The translations under genes were made by a program, and so were the position numbers. A stretch of DNA of 64,000 nucleotides from Candidatus Zixiibacteriota bacterium (lineage in GTDB: Bacteria > Zixibacteria > MSB-5A5 > UBA10806 > 4484-95), in assembly GCA_037441845.1 (NCBI GenBank), contig JBBIRK010000002.1:256001-320000 (forward strand), given 5' to 3'. The notes under the pieces are model-generated. The model was given only the letters and a program-made list of their open reading frames with translations, was not told the origin of the DNA and did not search any database. Shown piece by piece: positions 1 through 8,973 of this stretch; the stretch's first letter is position 1; each line of letters opens with the position of its first letter.

Positions 1-1253
1 CGCTCTTTGGCCCGGCCCGCAACTCCCTTCTCGTTCAAAAAATCGGCCACTTTCTTGCTGCCTCTCAGGTTCAGAGGCTTAAACCTGTCCCCCGCTTTTA
101 AGTTCCTGACTTGAAGATCGACCGCCTTTTCCGCATCCAGAAAAGCTCTGCATTCGTTTTTGTTGCGGGTTATTTCCTCCCGTGATTTCACCCTGCGAAT
201 CTCGGCTTTTATCGCCATCCCATCATCGGAGATGACCGTGGCCTTTTCATAGTTGATCTTGCATTTTTTCAGCGGGGCAGCGGGCGTAACCAACCCCAAG
301 CGGCTGCGAAATCGAATCGCCAGAACTCGTGAACTCAACCAGACACAAGAACCGTTGCTTTCCAGCGACAAAGCCTGTTCGATCAGACTGCGTCTCGGCC
401 GATAACCGTCACCGCTCAACCGCCGATAAGCCTTCAACAGCACCCAATCCGCCAATTTTGCATGATACCCCCCCAGTTTGGTCATGTCAAGCCGGATTTC
501 GCCTTCGCGACTGCTGCTGCACTTTTCCAGCGCTTCCTCGGCCAGCTCATCGATCAACTCGTAACAACGCCTGATCCGCATAGCGGCCTCGGCGATATGC
601 TGAACCGCGGAACCGTTCAATTCGCGAAACACCGGCATCACCCGGTTTCTGATTTTATTTCGCGCGAATATATCCTTCAAATTGCTCGGATCGATCCGGT
701 AACTCAGCTTATTCTCGGTAAGGAATTCCATGACCTCTTTCCGCCCGATCTCGAGAAGCGGCCTGATAACTTTCCCGGCCGCCGGATTGATTCCCCCCAG
801 ACCGCCGACATCCGCGCCTCTTATCAAATTCAGTATAAACGTTTCGGCGCTGTCGTCAGCCGTGTGGCCGGTGGCGATTTTTGCGTATCCGAATCTATTA
901 CTCAGTTTATCGAAATAATCGTATCTGACCGATCGGCAGTATTCCTCGAGATTGCGCCGACAGCTTTTTTTCGACTCGCCTGCGGCGTCCACCCGAATGC
1001 AATGAAACCGCACTCGATTGAAACGGCAAAGCTCCCGGCAGAATATCTGCTCTTGGTCCGCCTCCGGTCGTAAACCGTAGTTAACATGGGCGGCTCCCAA
1101 ATCGAATTTAAGGCTCCCCGCCAAAAACACCAAAGCCTGAAATAGGCAGACCGAATCCGGACCTCCCGACAGCGCGATCAAAACTTTCTCGCCCCGCCCG
1201 ATCATGGCGTATCTTCTTATCGTTTTTTCGATTTTCCGCAAAACAGCGTCCAT
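1..1253 (-). CDS. tilS: tRNA(Ile)-lysidine synthase, 3' end runs off the window
   Basis: Missing from the ORF track. Manual translation from ATG at 1253 gives MDAVLRKIEKTIRRYAMIGRGEKVLIALSGGPDSVCL...AAHVNYGLR, the PP-loop SGGxDS and HVNxGLR motifs of TilS. Confidence 0.93.
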   Translation of the reverse strand, partial: MDAVLRKIEKTIRRYAMIGRGEKVLIALSGGPDSVCLFQALVFLAGSLKFDLGAAHVNYGLRPEADQEQIFCRELCRFNRVRFHCIRVDAAGESKKSCRRNLEEYCRSVRYDYFDKLSNRFGYAKIATGHTADDSAETFILNLIRGADVGGLGGINPAAGKVIRPLLEIGRKEVMEFLTENKLSYRIDPSNLKDIFARNKIRNRVMPVFRELNGSAVQHIAEAAMRIRRCYELIDELAEEALEKCSSSREGEIRLDMTKLGGYHAKLADWVLLKAYRRLSGDGYRPRRSLIEQALSLESNGSCVWLSSRVLAIRFRSRLGLVTPAAPLKKCKINYEKATVISDDGMAIKAEIRRVKSREEITRNKNECRAFLDAEKAVDLQVRNLKAGDRFKPLNLRGSKKVADFLNEKGVAGRAKE

Positions 1254-1421
1254 CGGTCCCCGACACTTTCACTCATCCGAGGTTATGATCTCTTTTCTGC
1301 TTATGAAAAACCACATAAACCGGCGACCGTATCCCGCCGCCCGAAGGAAATTGCGTGCACCAAATCGAACGAACCCGAACTCCCGCGGCGCCGACCGCAG
1401 GTTATCGCCGCCTCCGTTGGA

Positions 1422-1811
1422 TTATGCTTTCGAAACTTTACCTGTCCCGAGACAGAACCGGCACACGACCAGCTTCTTGGTGTTCCTGCTCTCACCGGCC
1501 GCATCGAGACACTCGAAACAACTGGTGAGTCGAAAATCGGCGAACAATCCCTGATGGTGTCCCTTGTCATAGGGCTGCCCCTTGCCGCATTTCCCGGTGC
1601 CCTCGCAATGGCTGCATTCCACCGGCTCGCCCGGCGGCGGTGTCGGCTTGGGGGCGATCTCCACGGTCGCTTTTTCGGTGGCTTTTGCGCGCTCGATAGG
1701 TTGTTTCTTTGCTGCCGTTTTCTTGGTCTTGGCGGTGCTCTTTTTTGCCGTCTTGGTTCCGGTCGAGCTTTTGCCGCTTCTCGAAGTTCCGGCCTTTTTC
1801 TTGACCGGCAT
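1422..1811 (-). CDS. Hypothetical protein: Lys/Ala/Thr-rich N-terminus plus DnaJ-type CxxCxGxG zinc finger
   Basis: GGAGG RBS upstream of ATG; AKK/TKK repeats, a PKPTPPP linker, then CSHCEGTG, CFEC and CRFCLGTG. Confidence 0.8.
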   Translation of the reverse strand: MPVKKKAGTSRSGKSSTGTKTAKKSTAKTKKTAAKKQPIERAKATEKATVEIAPKPTPPPGEPVECSHCEGTGKCGKGQPYDKGHHQGLFADFRLTSCFECLDAAGESRNTKKLVVCRFCLGTGKVSKA

Positions 1812-1996
1812 GTCAACCTCCTTTGATCATACCCGATAAGTCCCGATCGATCGCTCGGAGATACCCGATCATTCGGTCCGACCGAGAATCCCTGCTCTCA
1901 TGAAATTCATTATAGCCATGTTTATTTCCTTCGGGCAATATAAATTTAACCACCGAGCTGCCGATATTCTTATCCAGACTTAAAGCTTGAGGTCAA

Positions 1997-2809
1997 ATGT
2001 CAAAAGTGAAAATACTCCTGACTTTCGCCGCCCTGATCAGCGCCGCCGCCTGCTTGACCGGCCATAGCGCTTTTACCGGCTATTCCGGCGCCCCTTCCTC
2101 CAATGGAACCTGCACCAGCTCCTGCCATCGACAGACCTCCTTCACCCCGTCGTGCGAGATCAGCGGATTCCCCGCGGTTTATGAACCTGGACGGCAATAC
2201 CTGATAAGGATAACCCACTCGGGCGACCGACCGATAAACCAATTCAATTGCTCGATCAGAGCCGATTCGAACGGCACCGTCGCCGGTATCATTCTGCCTG
2301 ATACCAACACCGCCGTCTATTCAATCCCGAACGAAACGATCGGCGTGCATTGGCAATCCGCCGGCCATGACAGCGGAACCTTTTTCTGGCAGGCTCCGGA
2401 TAACGGCGTCGGCCCGATAACCCTCTATTGGGCCGGGCTGCAGGGAAACCGCTCGTTCGGCGCGGACCAGCAGATAGTCATGCACGCATTGCAGCATGAA
2501 ACCGGCATCGAGCCGATAATCGATATGCCGATTCGTTTCGATCTCAAACAGAACTATCCGAATCCTTTTAATTCCATTACCATAATTGATTTCTCGCTTG
2601 CCGTTGCCGGCGACGTTACTCTCGATATAACCAATATCCTCGGCCGGCCCGTGTGCACCTTCACGATGCGCGGGCTCGAAAAGGGCGGCTATGCGTTGAG
2701 CTGGAACGGCCGCGACCTGAAAGGAAACACCCTTCCCTCGGGACTATATTTCTATCAATTGACCGCCCCCGAGGGGAAACTGACCAGGAAGCTGACCATT
2801 CTACGATAA
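1997..2809 (+). CDS. Secreted reeler-like (choice-of-anchor V-like) protein with FlgD-Ig/T9SS-type C-terminal sorting domain
   Basis: Signal peptide; GAP..TCxxxCH, YEPG..Y.I and F.WQAP motifs; C-terminal QNYPNPFN...WNGRD.KG..LPSGLYFY...RKLTILR. Confidence 0.85.
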   Translation: MSKVKILLTFAALISAAACLTGHSAFTGYSGAPSSNGTCTSSCHRQTSFTPSCEISGFPAVYEPGRQYLIRITHSGDRPINQFNCSIRADSNGTVAGIILPDTNTAVYSIPNETIGVHWQSAGHDSGTFFWQAPDNGVGPITLYWAGLQGNRSFGADQQIVMHALQHETGIEPIIDMPIRFDLKQNYPNPFNSITIIDFSLAVAGDVTLDITNILGRPVCTFTMRGLEKGGYALSWNGRDLKGNTLPSGLYFYQLTAPEGKLTRKLTILR

Positions 2810-2830
2810 AATTATTTTCGAGGAGGGGAT

Positions 2831-2871
2831 AAGCGAAGGCGGACAGGGTTACCTTCCGCCTTCGTTTTTTT
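2831..2871 (+). terminator. Rho-independent terminator
   Basis: Stem CGAAGGCGGA/TCCGCCTTCG followed by a T run, between convergent genes. Confidence 0.85.
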
Positions 2872-2907
2872 CGCTTTGCCTGCGAAAGCGACTCTTTATC
2901 GCGCGTC

Positions 2908-3147
2908 CTATTCCTCGGCCCATTCAGGCAGCGCTTTCATGAAAAGCTCCGCCCGATCCATCGCTTTTTGATCGTCGATACCGGGTTGCCAGCTCTTGAA
3001 CCATTCCGCGATACTGCTTTGGATAACCCTTTTCGGCCGTAATACGCCGTTTTCATCGGTGCAATACTTGCAGTAATTTTCCGCAATTCCCTTGAATTCC
3101 GGCGAGCTCAGCGGCGCGCTGCATGAATGACAATACTTCTGCATCAT
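2908..3147 (-). CDS. Small zinc-ribbon protein (Zn_ribbon_2-like)
   Basis: YCHSCSAPL...YCKYC motifs, AAGGAG RBS, 49 nt downstream of dnaE2. Confidence 0.8.
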   Translation of the reverse strand: MMQKYCHSCSAPLSSPEFKGIAENYCKYCTDENGVLRPKRVIQSSIAEWFKSWQPGIDDQKAMDRAELFMKALPEWAEE

Positions 3148-3196
3148 TTCTCCTTTCGGTGGTGTTGAGATTCTGCCGAACCTGCGGTTTCCGTTG

Positions 3197-6196
3197 TCAG
3201 GCGCATGCCTGTAACTTGCTCGCTATTACGGTCAACACCCCATGTCGGTTCTGGGCTTTGCCGGTGACTTCCAAAAGCGGCCGGCGGAAAATCCGCGCCC
3301 CGAACCGACGATATATCCCGGGGAAAACCGTAACCTCGAAATAGTCTTGGTCGTCTTCCATCGTCAAAAAAACCATCAGCTTGTCGTTGCCGGTTCTTAT
3401 CCTCTTACGATCCACCACCAGACCCACGATCCTCACCTCTTTGCCGTTGCAGGCCGCCAGCTCCGAGGATTTGACCTGCCCGTTGGTGAACGGTATGATG
3501 TTCGCCGGATGACAGCTGATGGCCATATCGAGTATTTCCTGCTCGGCCAGCAACCTTTGTTGGATATCGTAATCGCCTAATCCGACGGGAAAGCGCGGCG
3601 TTTCGGGCAAGACATCGCCCAGAAGCGGGGTTTGCCCGCCTCCGGCGAGAATTTTCCGCCCATACGTTTTCATATACCACAAAAGGGCCGGCCTTGTCTG
3701 CCCCGAATAATCGAAAGCGCCTATTCGAATCAGTTTCTCCGTTTCATCGACCGCCGGTTTGACTCTGACTAAAAAATCCCCCAGCGAAACGAACGGCCGC
3801 TTCGCCCTCTGCTTGATTATGGCCTCCCGCGTGGCCGCCGAAAGACCTTTCACGAACGCCAGCCCGATCCGCAGCTCATTCCCCTCGACGACGCAAAGCT
3901 CAGCCGGCTTATCGATATCGGGCGGTCTCAATTTCGCTCCCAAACGCCGCGCCTCATCGGCATAAACCAACGGGGCATAGTAGCCTGCGAAATTGTTGAG
4001 CATTGCCGCCATGAACTCGATCGGATGGTGCGCTTTAAGAAAAGCCGCCTGATAACTCAGTTTGGCGTAGGTGGCCGCGTGCGCCTTGCAGAAACCGTAT
4101 CCGGCGAACCTGGTCAACAATGCGAACACCTCGCGGGCTTTCAATGGCGGCACCCCACGCGCCGATGCCTGAACCAGAAATTTCTCGGCGAAAGCGTGAA
4201 ATTCGTCGATTCCCCGTTCTTTGGTCATCGCCTTGCGCAAGAGATCGGCCTGAGCAGGCGAAAATCCGGCCATCACCTCGGCTGTTCGCAATACTTGTTC
4301 CTGATACACGATGTTCCCGAGGGTCTCGGCCAGCACCGGCTCCAGCGATTTGTGCGGATAAACGACCGGTTTCTCTCCGGCGAGTCTTTCGAGATAAAGC
4401 TTCTTCATGCCGGATTCCGCCGCGCCGGGACGAATCAAAGCCAAGGCCAGAGTGATATCGTCGATCGTCTTCGGCTGCAGTTCTATCAGAAGCGAACGGA
4501 GCCCGGGCGATTCGATCTGGAAAACCCCGATCGTGCGCCCCTGCTGCAGCATCCTGAAAGTGTCCGGATCGCGCCAATCATATATCACTTTTCCACCCGA
4601 TTTTTCCCCCGCCGCCGTCTCGGCATCGGCTATCGTCGAAAGTCCGCGCTGCCCCAGAAGATCGATCTTCACCAACCCCAAAGCGGCGATTCCGTGCATA
4701 TCATACTGGGTGATCGCGATCCCCTTAGCCGACATCTGCAGCGGCACCAGGTCAAGAAGCTCCCCGGGCGCAATCACCATCCCGCCGCAATGAATCGAAA
4801 GATGACGCGGATACCCTTCTATTTTACAGGCAAGTTCGATTATCGTCCGGTACGGCTCGCTTTTCACCGGCAGGTCGGCGCATTCCGGGTAATCGCGCAT
4901 CGTTTTTTCAAGATCGCCCAGTCGCCCCCAGGGAAGCCGTTTCGTGATATCCGAAATCTCGTCTTCGGACAGACCGAACGCCTTCCCCAGCTCCCGGATC
5001 GCCCCCCGCGCCGCAAACGTATTCAGCGTGGCGATCATGGCCGTCCGGTTCCGTCCGAACCGCCTATAAACATAATCGAGAACCTCATCGCGCCGACGCC
5101 AACAAAGGTCAAGGTCGATATCCGGAGGATCCGTCCGCGCCTCGTTCAAAAACCGGGCGAAATACAGATTCTGTTCGATCGGATCGACCTGGGTCACCCC
5201 CAGACAATAAGCGATAATCGATGAGGCCGCCGATCCGCGGCCGACCACCCGAATACCCGATCGCCTGCAGAAATCGATTATATCCGCCACGATCAAAAAA
5301 TAATCGACGAAACCGGTCTGCTCGATAATCGCCAGCTCCGATTCGAAACGCGAATACACCTCACCGGTTATCCGCCCATAACGGCGGCGCAAACCCGCTT
5401 CCGCCCGCCGCCTTAACAAATGACGATTCGCGATCTCCGTCACCTGCTCATATCTCGGAAAATTTATTCTCCCGAGCGGCAGATCGAACTGACACCGCTC
5501 GGCGATGTCGATCGTGGCCGTTATCGCCTGCGGTATATGCCGATAACGCCTGATCATCTCCTCCGGCGGCGCCAATAGCGCACCGGCGGGAGCCAGACAG
5601 CGGCTTTCCACCCCGGCGAAACTTTTCAGGTATTTTATCGCCGCCAACGCCCGGTTGACCCGCGCATCGCCGGTTTCCGCAAAATAAACCGGATCCGCCG
5701 CCACCATCGACAGACCGAATCTTTTCGCCAGACTCGATTTCTGTGTCATCGCCGGTTCGGCGCCCATGCTTGCGATCGATTCAACCCCGATATAAATATC
5801 GCGGCCGTAACCATCGACCAACGCAGGCGGCAAATCATCACCCAGATAAATTGCGATCAACCCGCTGCGATTGTTCAAAACATCATCCACCGATGGTTTC
5901 CTTTCATCGAGCGTCTTTATCGTTGATATCCGACAAAGCGAACCGTACCCCGCCAAATTCCTGGCCAGAAAGACGAACGGCCCGCAGGCGGTGTCGATTT
6001 CCAACCCGATCAACGGTCGCACGCCCCGTCGACCCGCCGCCTGAACGAATGCGATCGTGCCGTAAAGACCGTCGTTGTCGGTGAGCGCGGCCGCCCCGTA
6101 GCCCAATTCGGTCAGACGTCCCAGCAAACGCTCGATCGAAAGCGGCCCGCAGAGGAACGAATAATTAGAGTGACAGCGAAGGGGTACGAAGCTCAT
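3197..6196 (-). CDS. dnaE2: DNA polymerase III alpha subunit, accessory/error-prone DnaE2 type
   Basis: Degenerate PHP domain (RCHSNYS, TDND), GRGSAASS, catalytic PDIDLD, KIDLLG, FQIESPG, YQEQ, GFCKAHA and an OB fold. At 999 aa it lacks the tau-binding tail and overlaps a Y-family polymerase gene. Confidence 0.9.
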   Translation of the reverse strand: MSFVPLRCHSNYSFLCGPLSIERLLGRLTELGYGAAALTDNDGLYGTIAFVQAAGRRGVRPLIGLEIDTACGPFVFLARNLAGYGSLCRISTIKTLDERKPSVDDVLNNRSGLIAIYLGDDLPPALVDGYGRDIYIGVESIASMGAEPAMTQKSSLAKRFGLSMVAADPVYFAETGDARVNRALAAIKYLKSFAGVESRCLAPAGALLAPPEEMIRRYRHIPQAITATIDIAERCQFDLPLGRINFPRYEQVTEIANRHLLRRRAEAGLRRRYGRITGEVYSRFESELAIIEQTGFVDYFLIVADIIDFCRRSGIRVVGRGSAASSIIAYCLGVTQVDPIEQNLYFARFLNEARTDPPDIDLDLCWRRRDEVLDYVYRRFGRNRTAMIATLNTFAARGAIRELGKAFGLSEDEISDITKRLPWGRLGDLEKTMRDYPECADLPVKSEPYRTIIELACKIEGYPRHLSIHCGGMVIAPGELLDLVPLQMSAKGIAITQYDMHGIAALGLVKIDLLGQRGLSTIADAETAAGEKSGGKVIYDWRDPDTFRMLQQGRTIGVFQIESPGLRSLLIELQPKTIDDITLALALIRPGAAESGMKKLYLERLAGEKPVVYPHKSLEPVLAETLGNIVYQEQVLRTAEVMAGFSPAQADLLRKAMTKERGIDEFHAFAEKFLVQASARGVPPLKAREVFALLTRFAGYGFCKAHAATYAKLSYQAAFLKAHHPIEFMAAMLNNFAGYYAPLVYADEARRLGAKLRPPDIDKPAELCVVEGNELRIGLAFVKGLSAATREAIIKQRAKRPFVSLGDFLVRVKPAVDETEKLIRIGAFDYSGQTRPALLWYMKTYGRKILAGGGQTPLLGDVLPETPRFPVGLGDYDIQQRLLAEQEILDMAISCHPANIIPFTNGQVKSSELAACNGKEVRIVGLVVDRKRIRTGNDKLMVFLTMEDDQDYFEVTVFPGIYRRFGARIFRRPLLEVTGKAQNRHGVLTVIASKLQACA

Positions 6197-7403
6197 AGCC
6201 GTCGATTACCTCCCGAAATTTCTCTTTAAGCTGCAATGTACGGCCGTAATATACCGCATGATATCCATGCCGGCTGCGCAGACGATCGAGACTTACACTC
6301 AAATCCTGCGCTTTTTTCCCGAAACTGAACAGGTCGTTTTGATAGGCCCCGGGAAGCAGGCCCGAAACGACCACGCCGACATGCCTTATTCCCACCCTGC
6401 CGGAATACGAATCGTCGAACAACCGTCGCAGATACGGCCATATATCCGTTTCCCTGGCGCTGGCGCGCCCCATCGTGACCGCCGTTTCCACCGCAGCAAA
6501 ATCGACATGGCGCAATTTCAAACCGAGCCGACGCGCCAAAAGATGTCTTTGCCGCAGATCGAGGCAAACCCGTTCCAGAAGATAATACGCTACGCTGGTC
6601 AAAAAGAATCGATCGTTCGAATCGGCGTTGAATGTCGTCTCGCGCGATATCGTTCCCGGCAAGATGCGCCTTCTGATCTTCCGTCTGTCGATTCCGCCAG
6701 CGAAATCATACCACTCCAAGCCCCGCTTGCCGAAAACCGCCCCCAGAACCCACTGCGGTATCCGACGTAATTGCCCCACCGTGGTCACCCCCAGCTCCTG
6801 CATATGAATTGTCGCCCGCGAACCGAGATTCGGCAAATGCGAAACCGGCAGATCGGCCAATATCTGGTCTTCCTCCTTCGCATCGATAACCACGATCGGT
6901 TCCTTCCCCTGCTGTTTCCTGTCGCGAGCCAGTTCACAGGCGATCTTGGCGAAAAGTTTCGACCTGCCCGCCCCGATCCGACACCCTATTCCAAGCCGTC
7001 GTTTCACCGCCTCCCTCAGTGAACGCAAAATCCCCTCGATCGTATCGGGCGGATAGACCTGCAGGCCGAGATAGGCTTCGTCCATCGAAACCGGCTCTAT
7101 CTCCGGCGTGAACGCCTGGAGAATATCGCAAACCTGTGCCCACCAATCGCGATAGATTTTCACGTCACCCTTCAGAAATACCGCCTCCGGCAGCACCCGC
7201 GATGCCTCCGCCAGCGGCATGCCGAATTTCACGCCTTTGGCCCGCGCTTCGTAAGAGGCGCAGATAACGATCCCCCGCGTCGGCGGTAACCCGCCCACGA
7301 TAACCGGTTTGCCCCGGAGTCCGGGGTTAAGCGATTGTTCGACCGATGCCAGAAAAGCCTCGAGATCGACTAAGGCCGTGTATTTTTCAACCCCATCGCG
7401 CAT
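6165..7403 (-). CDS. dinB: Y-family DNA polymerase IV (DinB-like)
   Basis: VDLEAFLASVE, ASYEAR..GV..GMP, SMDEAY and QNDLF clamp motif. ATG at 7403 preferred over TTG at 7415. Confidence 0.9.
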   Translation of the reverse strand: MRDGVEKYTALVDLEAFLASVEQSLNPGLRGKPVIVGGLPPTRGIVICASYEARAKGVKFGMPLAEASRVLPEAVFLKGDVKIYRDWWAQVCDILQAFTPEIEPVSMDEAYLGLQVYPPDTIEGILRSLREAVKRRLGIGCRIGAGRSKLFAKIACELARDRKQQGKEPIVVIDAKEEDQILADLPVSHLPNLGSRATIHMQELGVTTVGQLRRIPQWVLGAVFGKRGLEWYDFAGGIDRRKIRRRILPGTISRETTFNADSNDRFFLTSVAYYLLERVCLDLRQRHLLARRLGLKLRHVDFAAVETAVTMGRASARETDIWPYLRRLFDDSYSGRVGIRHVGVVVSGLLPGAYQNDLFSFGKKAQDLSVSLDRLRSRHGYHAVYYGRTLQLKEKFREVIDGYELRTPSLSL

Positions 7404-7423
7404 TCGTGTACCCAAATCAATAC

Positions 7424-7458
7424 TGCACTAATTTATAGTGCACATTTGTATATGTCAA
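7424..7458 (-). promoter_or_regulatory. Sigma70-type promoter with overlapping palindromic operator
   Basis: Minus strand TTGACA (7458-7453), N17, TAAATT (7435-7430). Perfect inverted repeat TGCACTA-N5-TAGTGCA at 7424-7442. Confidence 0.75.
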
Positions 7459-7615
7459 GTTTTTTTTGATGATATTTTATTTTTTCGATTTTCGACTTTA
7501 TCGGAAGCGCGGAAAATGTAGAAAAGCTCATCGCCGGCCGCGTTCTCTTGCCGTCGGCGACGATGAGGTTTCATGTTTTATGACTGATTTTCCGGCAGGT
7601 GCACTGGTATTTCAT

Positions 7616-7748
7616 ATTCATCATTCCCTTTTCTCGATTCCCGGCTTCCCTTTTCGCGTCATTCCCGCTTCCCTCATTAATGTTCCCGTCACTATCTCGT
7701 TGTCATTCCTGCCCCCTTATATTTGTCATTCCCGCGTAAGCGGGAATC
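7616..7748 (+). repeat. Degenerate TCATTCC array ending in REP/dRS3-like hairpin (copy A)
   Basis: Several (G)TCATTCC-like units, then GTCATTCCCGCGTAAGCGGGAATC at 7725-7748. Confidence 0.7.
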
Positions 7749-8191
7749 GCCCACAAAGCACCCCGCTTCCCCTCAAAATCCGGCAACACGAGTCCCCCCC
7801 CAATCTCGCACAATCGGGTTCGATAAAGTATGCACTTCGAAACCGGGATTTTCCGGCCTCAGCCAGGCAAACCGGCTGGATCGTCCAAATGCCCAAAATG
7901 AATTTCGCGGATTCCAAAGCAACGGGGCAACCGGTATCTTTATCCCCCCCCCCAGGAAATTGGCGCCAATTGCCCCGCTTGAAAGATCAAGGCTCAAAAG
8001 CCGAAAAGGTCTAAGCGTGATTGTTACGGCAGTTGCAAAGCGGGATGTCGATTCATCTTGCCGCGTTCAATTGGAATATCGCACTGATCGTGTCAGAACC
8101 TGTCACGCAAAATTCTTTACCACGAATATTTTTTTCCGGGAACGGCCGCCGCGATCACTCGTATCGTAACAGCATGACGGGAACGTAAGGC

Positions 8192-8220
8192 TTGACACGA
8201 AATTCCTGATGACCTAAAAT
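8192..8220 (+). promoter_or_regulatory. Sigma70-type promoter of tolQR-tolA/tonB
   Basis: TTGACA-N17-TAAAAT, 24 nt upstream of the TTG start, which has an AAGGAG RBS. Confidence 0.75.
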
Positions 8221-8244
8221 GTTCTAAAAAGCAAAGGAGCCGCA

Positions 8245-8973
8245 TTGCAGAACATCCTCGCTTTGTTGTTGTCCCCCGATGTCGTCGCCGGCAAGAAACT
8301 TACCGACTTGATCGCCGAGTCCTCGGCTTTCGCCAAGATCGTTTTGGCTGTGCTTCTGGCGTTCTCGGTCATTTCCTGGGCGATTATCATTTACAAATAC
8401 TTGGAATTCAAAGCCGCCCTGAAAACCAACCAAACCTTCCTCAAAGAATTCCGCCGTAATCGCGGTTTACGGAAAACTTTCGCCTCTCTCACTCGCCTTT
8501 CCCGCTCGCCGTTTGCCGCCATGCTTGGAGCCGCCCTGGTCGAGCTCGAGTCAATGCTGCATTCCGGCGGCGAAACCCGCTCCGCGCTCGATTACGAAGG
8601 GCTCAATCATGTCGCCGAGGCGATCGACAGAGCGGGAATCAACGAGGCCATGCGACTCGAAAAATACGTGGTTTTTCTCGCCACGACCGCCAATGCTTCG
8701 CCCTTCATCGGGCTGCTGGGCACGGTCTGGGGAATTATGGACGCCTTCGCGCAAATCGGAGTGAGAGGCACCGCAACCTTGGCGGTGGTCGCCCCGGGAA
8801 TCGCCGAGGCCTTGATCGCCACCGTTGCCGGTCTGGGAGCGGCCATCCCGGCGGTGATAGCCTATAATTACTTCACCAATAAATTGAGACGTCTCAATTC
8901 CGAAATCGATAATTTCAAATCCGAGCTCTATTCGGCTATCAAGAAGGAATTCGGACAGGTTGCGCAGGTTTAG
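8245..8973 (+). CDS. tolQ: MotA/TolQ/ExbB proton-channel protein
   Basis: LATTANASPFIGLLGTVWGIM and VVAPGIAEALIATVAGL.AAIPAVIAYN. Confidence 0.9.
   Translation: MQNILALLLSPDVVAGKKLTDLIAESSAFAKIVLAVLLAFSVISWAIIIYKYLEFKAALKTNQTFLKEFRRNRGLRKTFASLTRLSRSPFAAMLGAALVELESMLHSGGETRSALDYEGLNHVAEAIDRAGINEAMRLEKYVVFLATTANASPFIGLLGTVWGIMDAFAQIGVRGTATLAVVAPGIAEALIATVAGLGAAIPAVIAYNYFTNKLRRLNSEIDNFKSELYSAIKKEFGQVAQV

Noticed and set aside
4025..5224. Long antisense ORFs (also 10619-11716, 54330-55892, 59733-60974, 61659-62909)
   Set aside because: Shadow frames opposite well-supported genes in GC-rich DNA; no recognisable motifs.
6165..7415. Calling the Y-family gene imuB
   Set aside because: It retains the catalytic Asp and SxDE, and no imuA is present.
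7794..7953. Poly-C tracts (C8, C10) as phase-variation switches
   Set aside because: They are neither in a credible CDS nor between promoter elements, and fit the local C-rich composition.
7965..8040. Possible c-di-GMP-I riboswitch upstream of tolQ (GAAA...AAAGC...GGTCTAAG...GTTGC)
   Set aside because: No GGCAAA-stem-GAAA-stem-GACGCAAA core can be built, and it lies upstream of the predicted promoter. An Rfam scan would settle it.
7466..8169. ORFs in low-complexity intergenic DNA (7466-8014, 7723-8169; also 10176-10958 and 13479-13820)
   Set aside because: They are translations of pyrimidine-rich repeats (SFPRKRES, IPAQAG), with no RBS or domain motifs.
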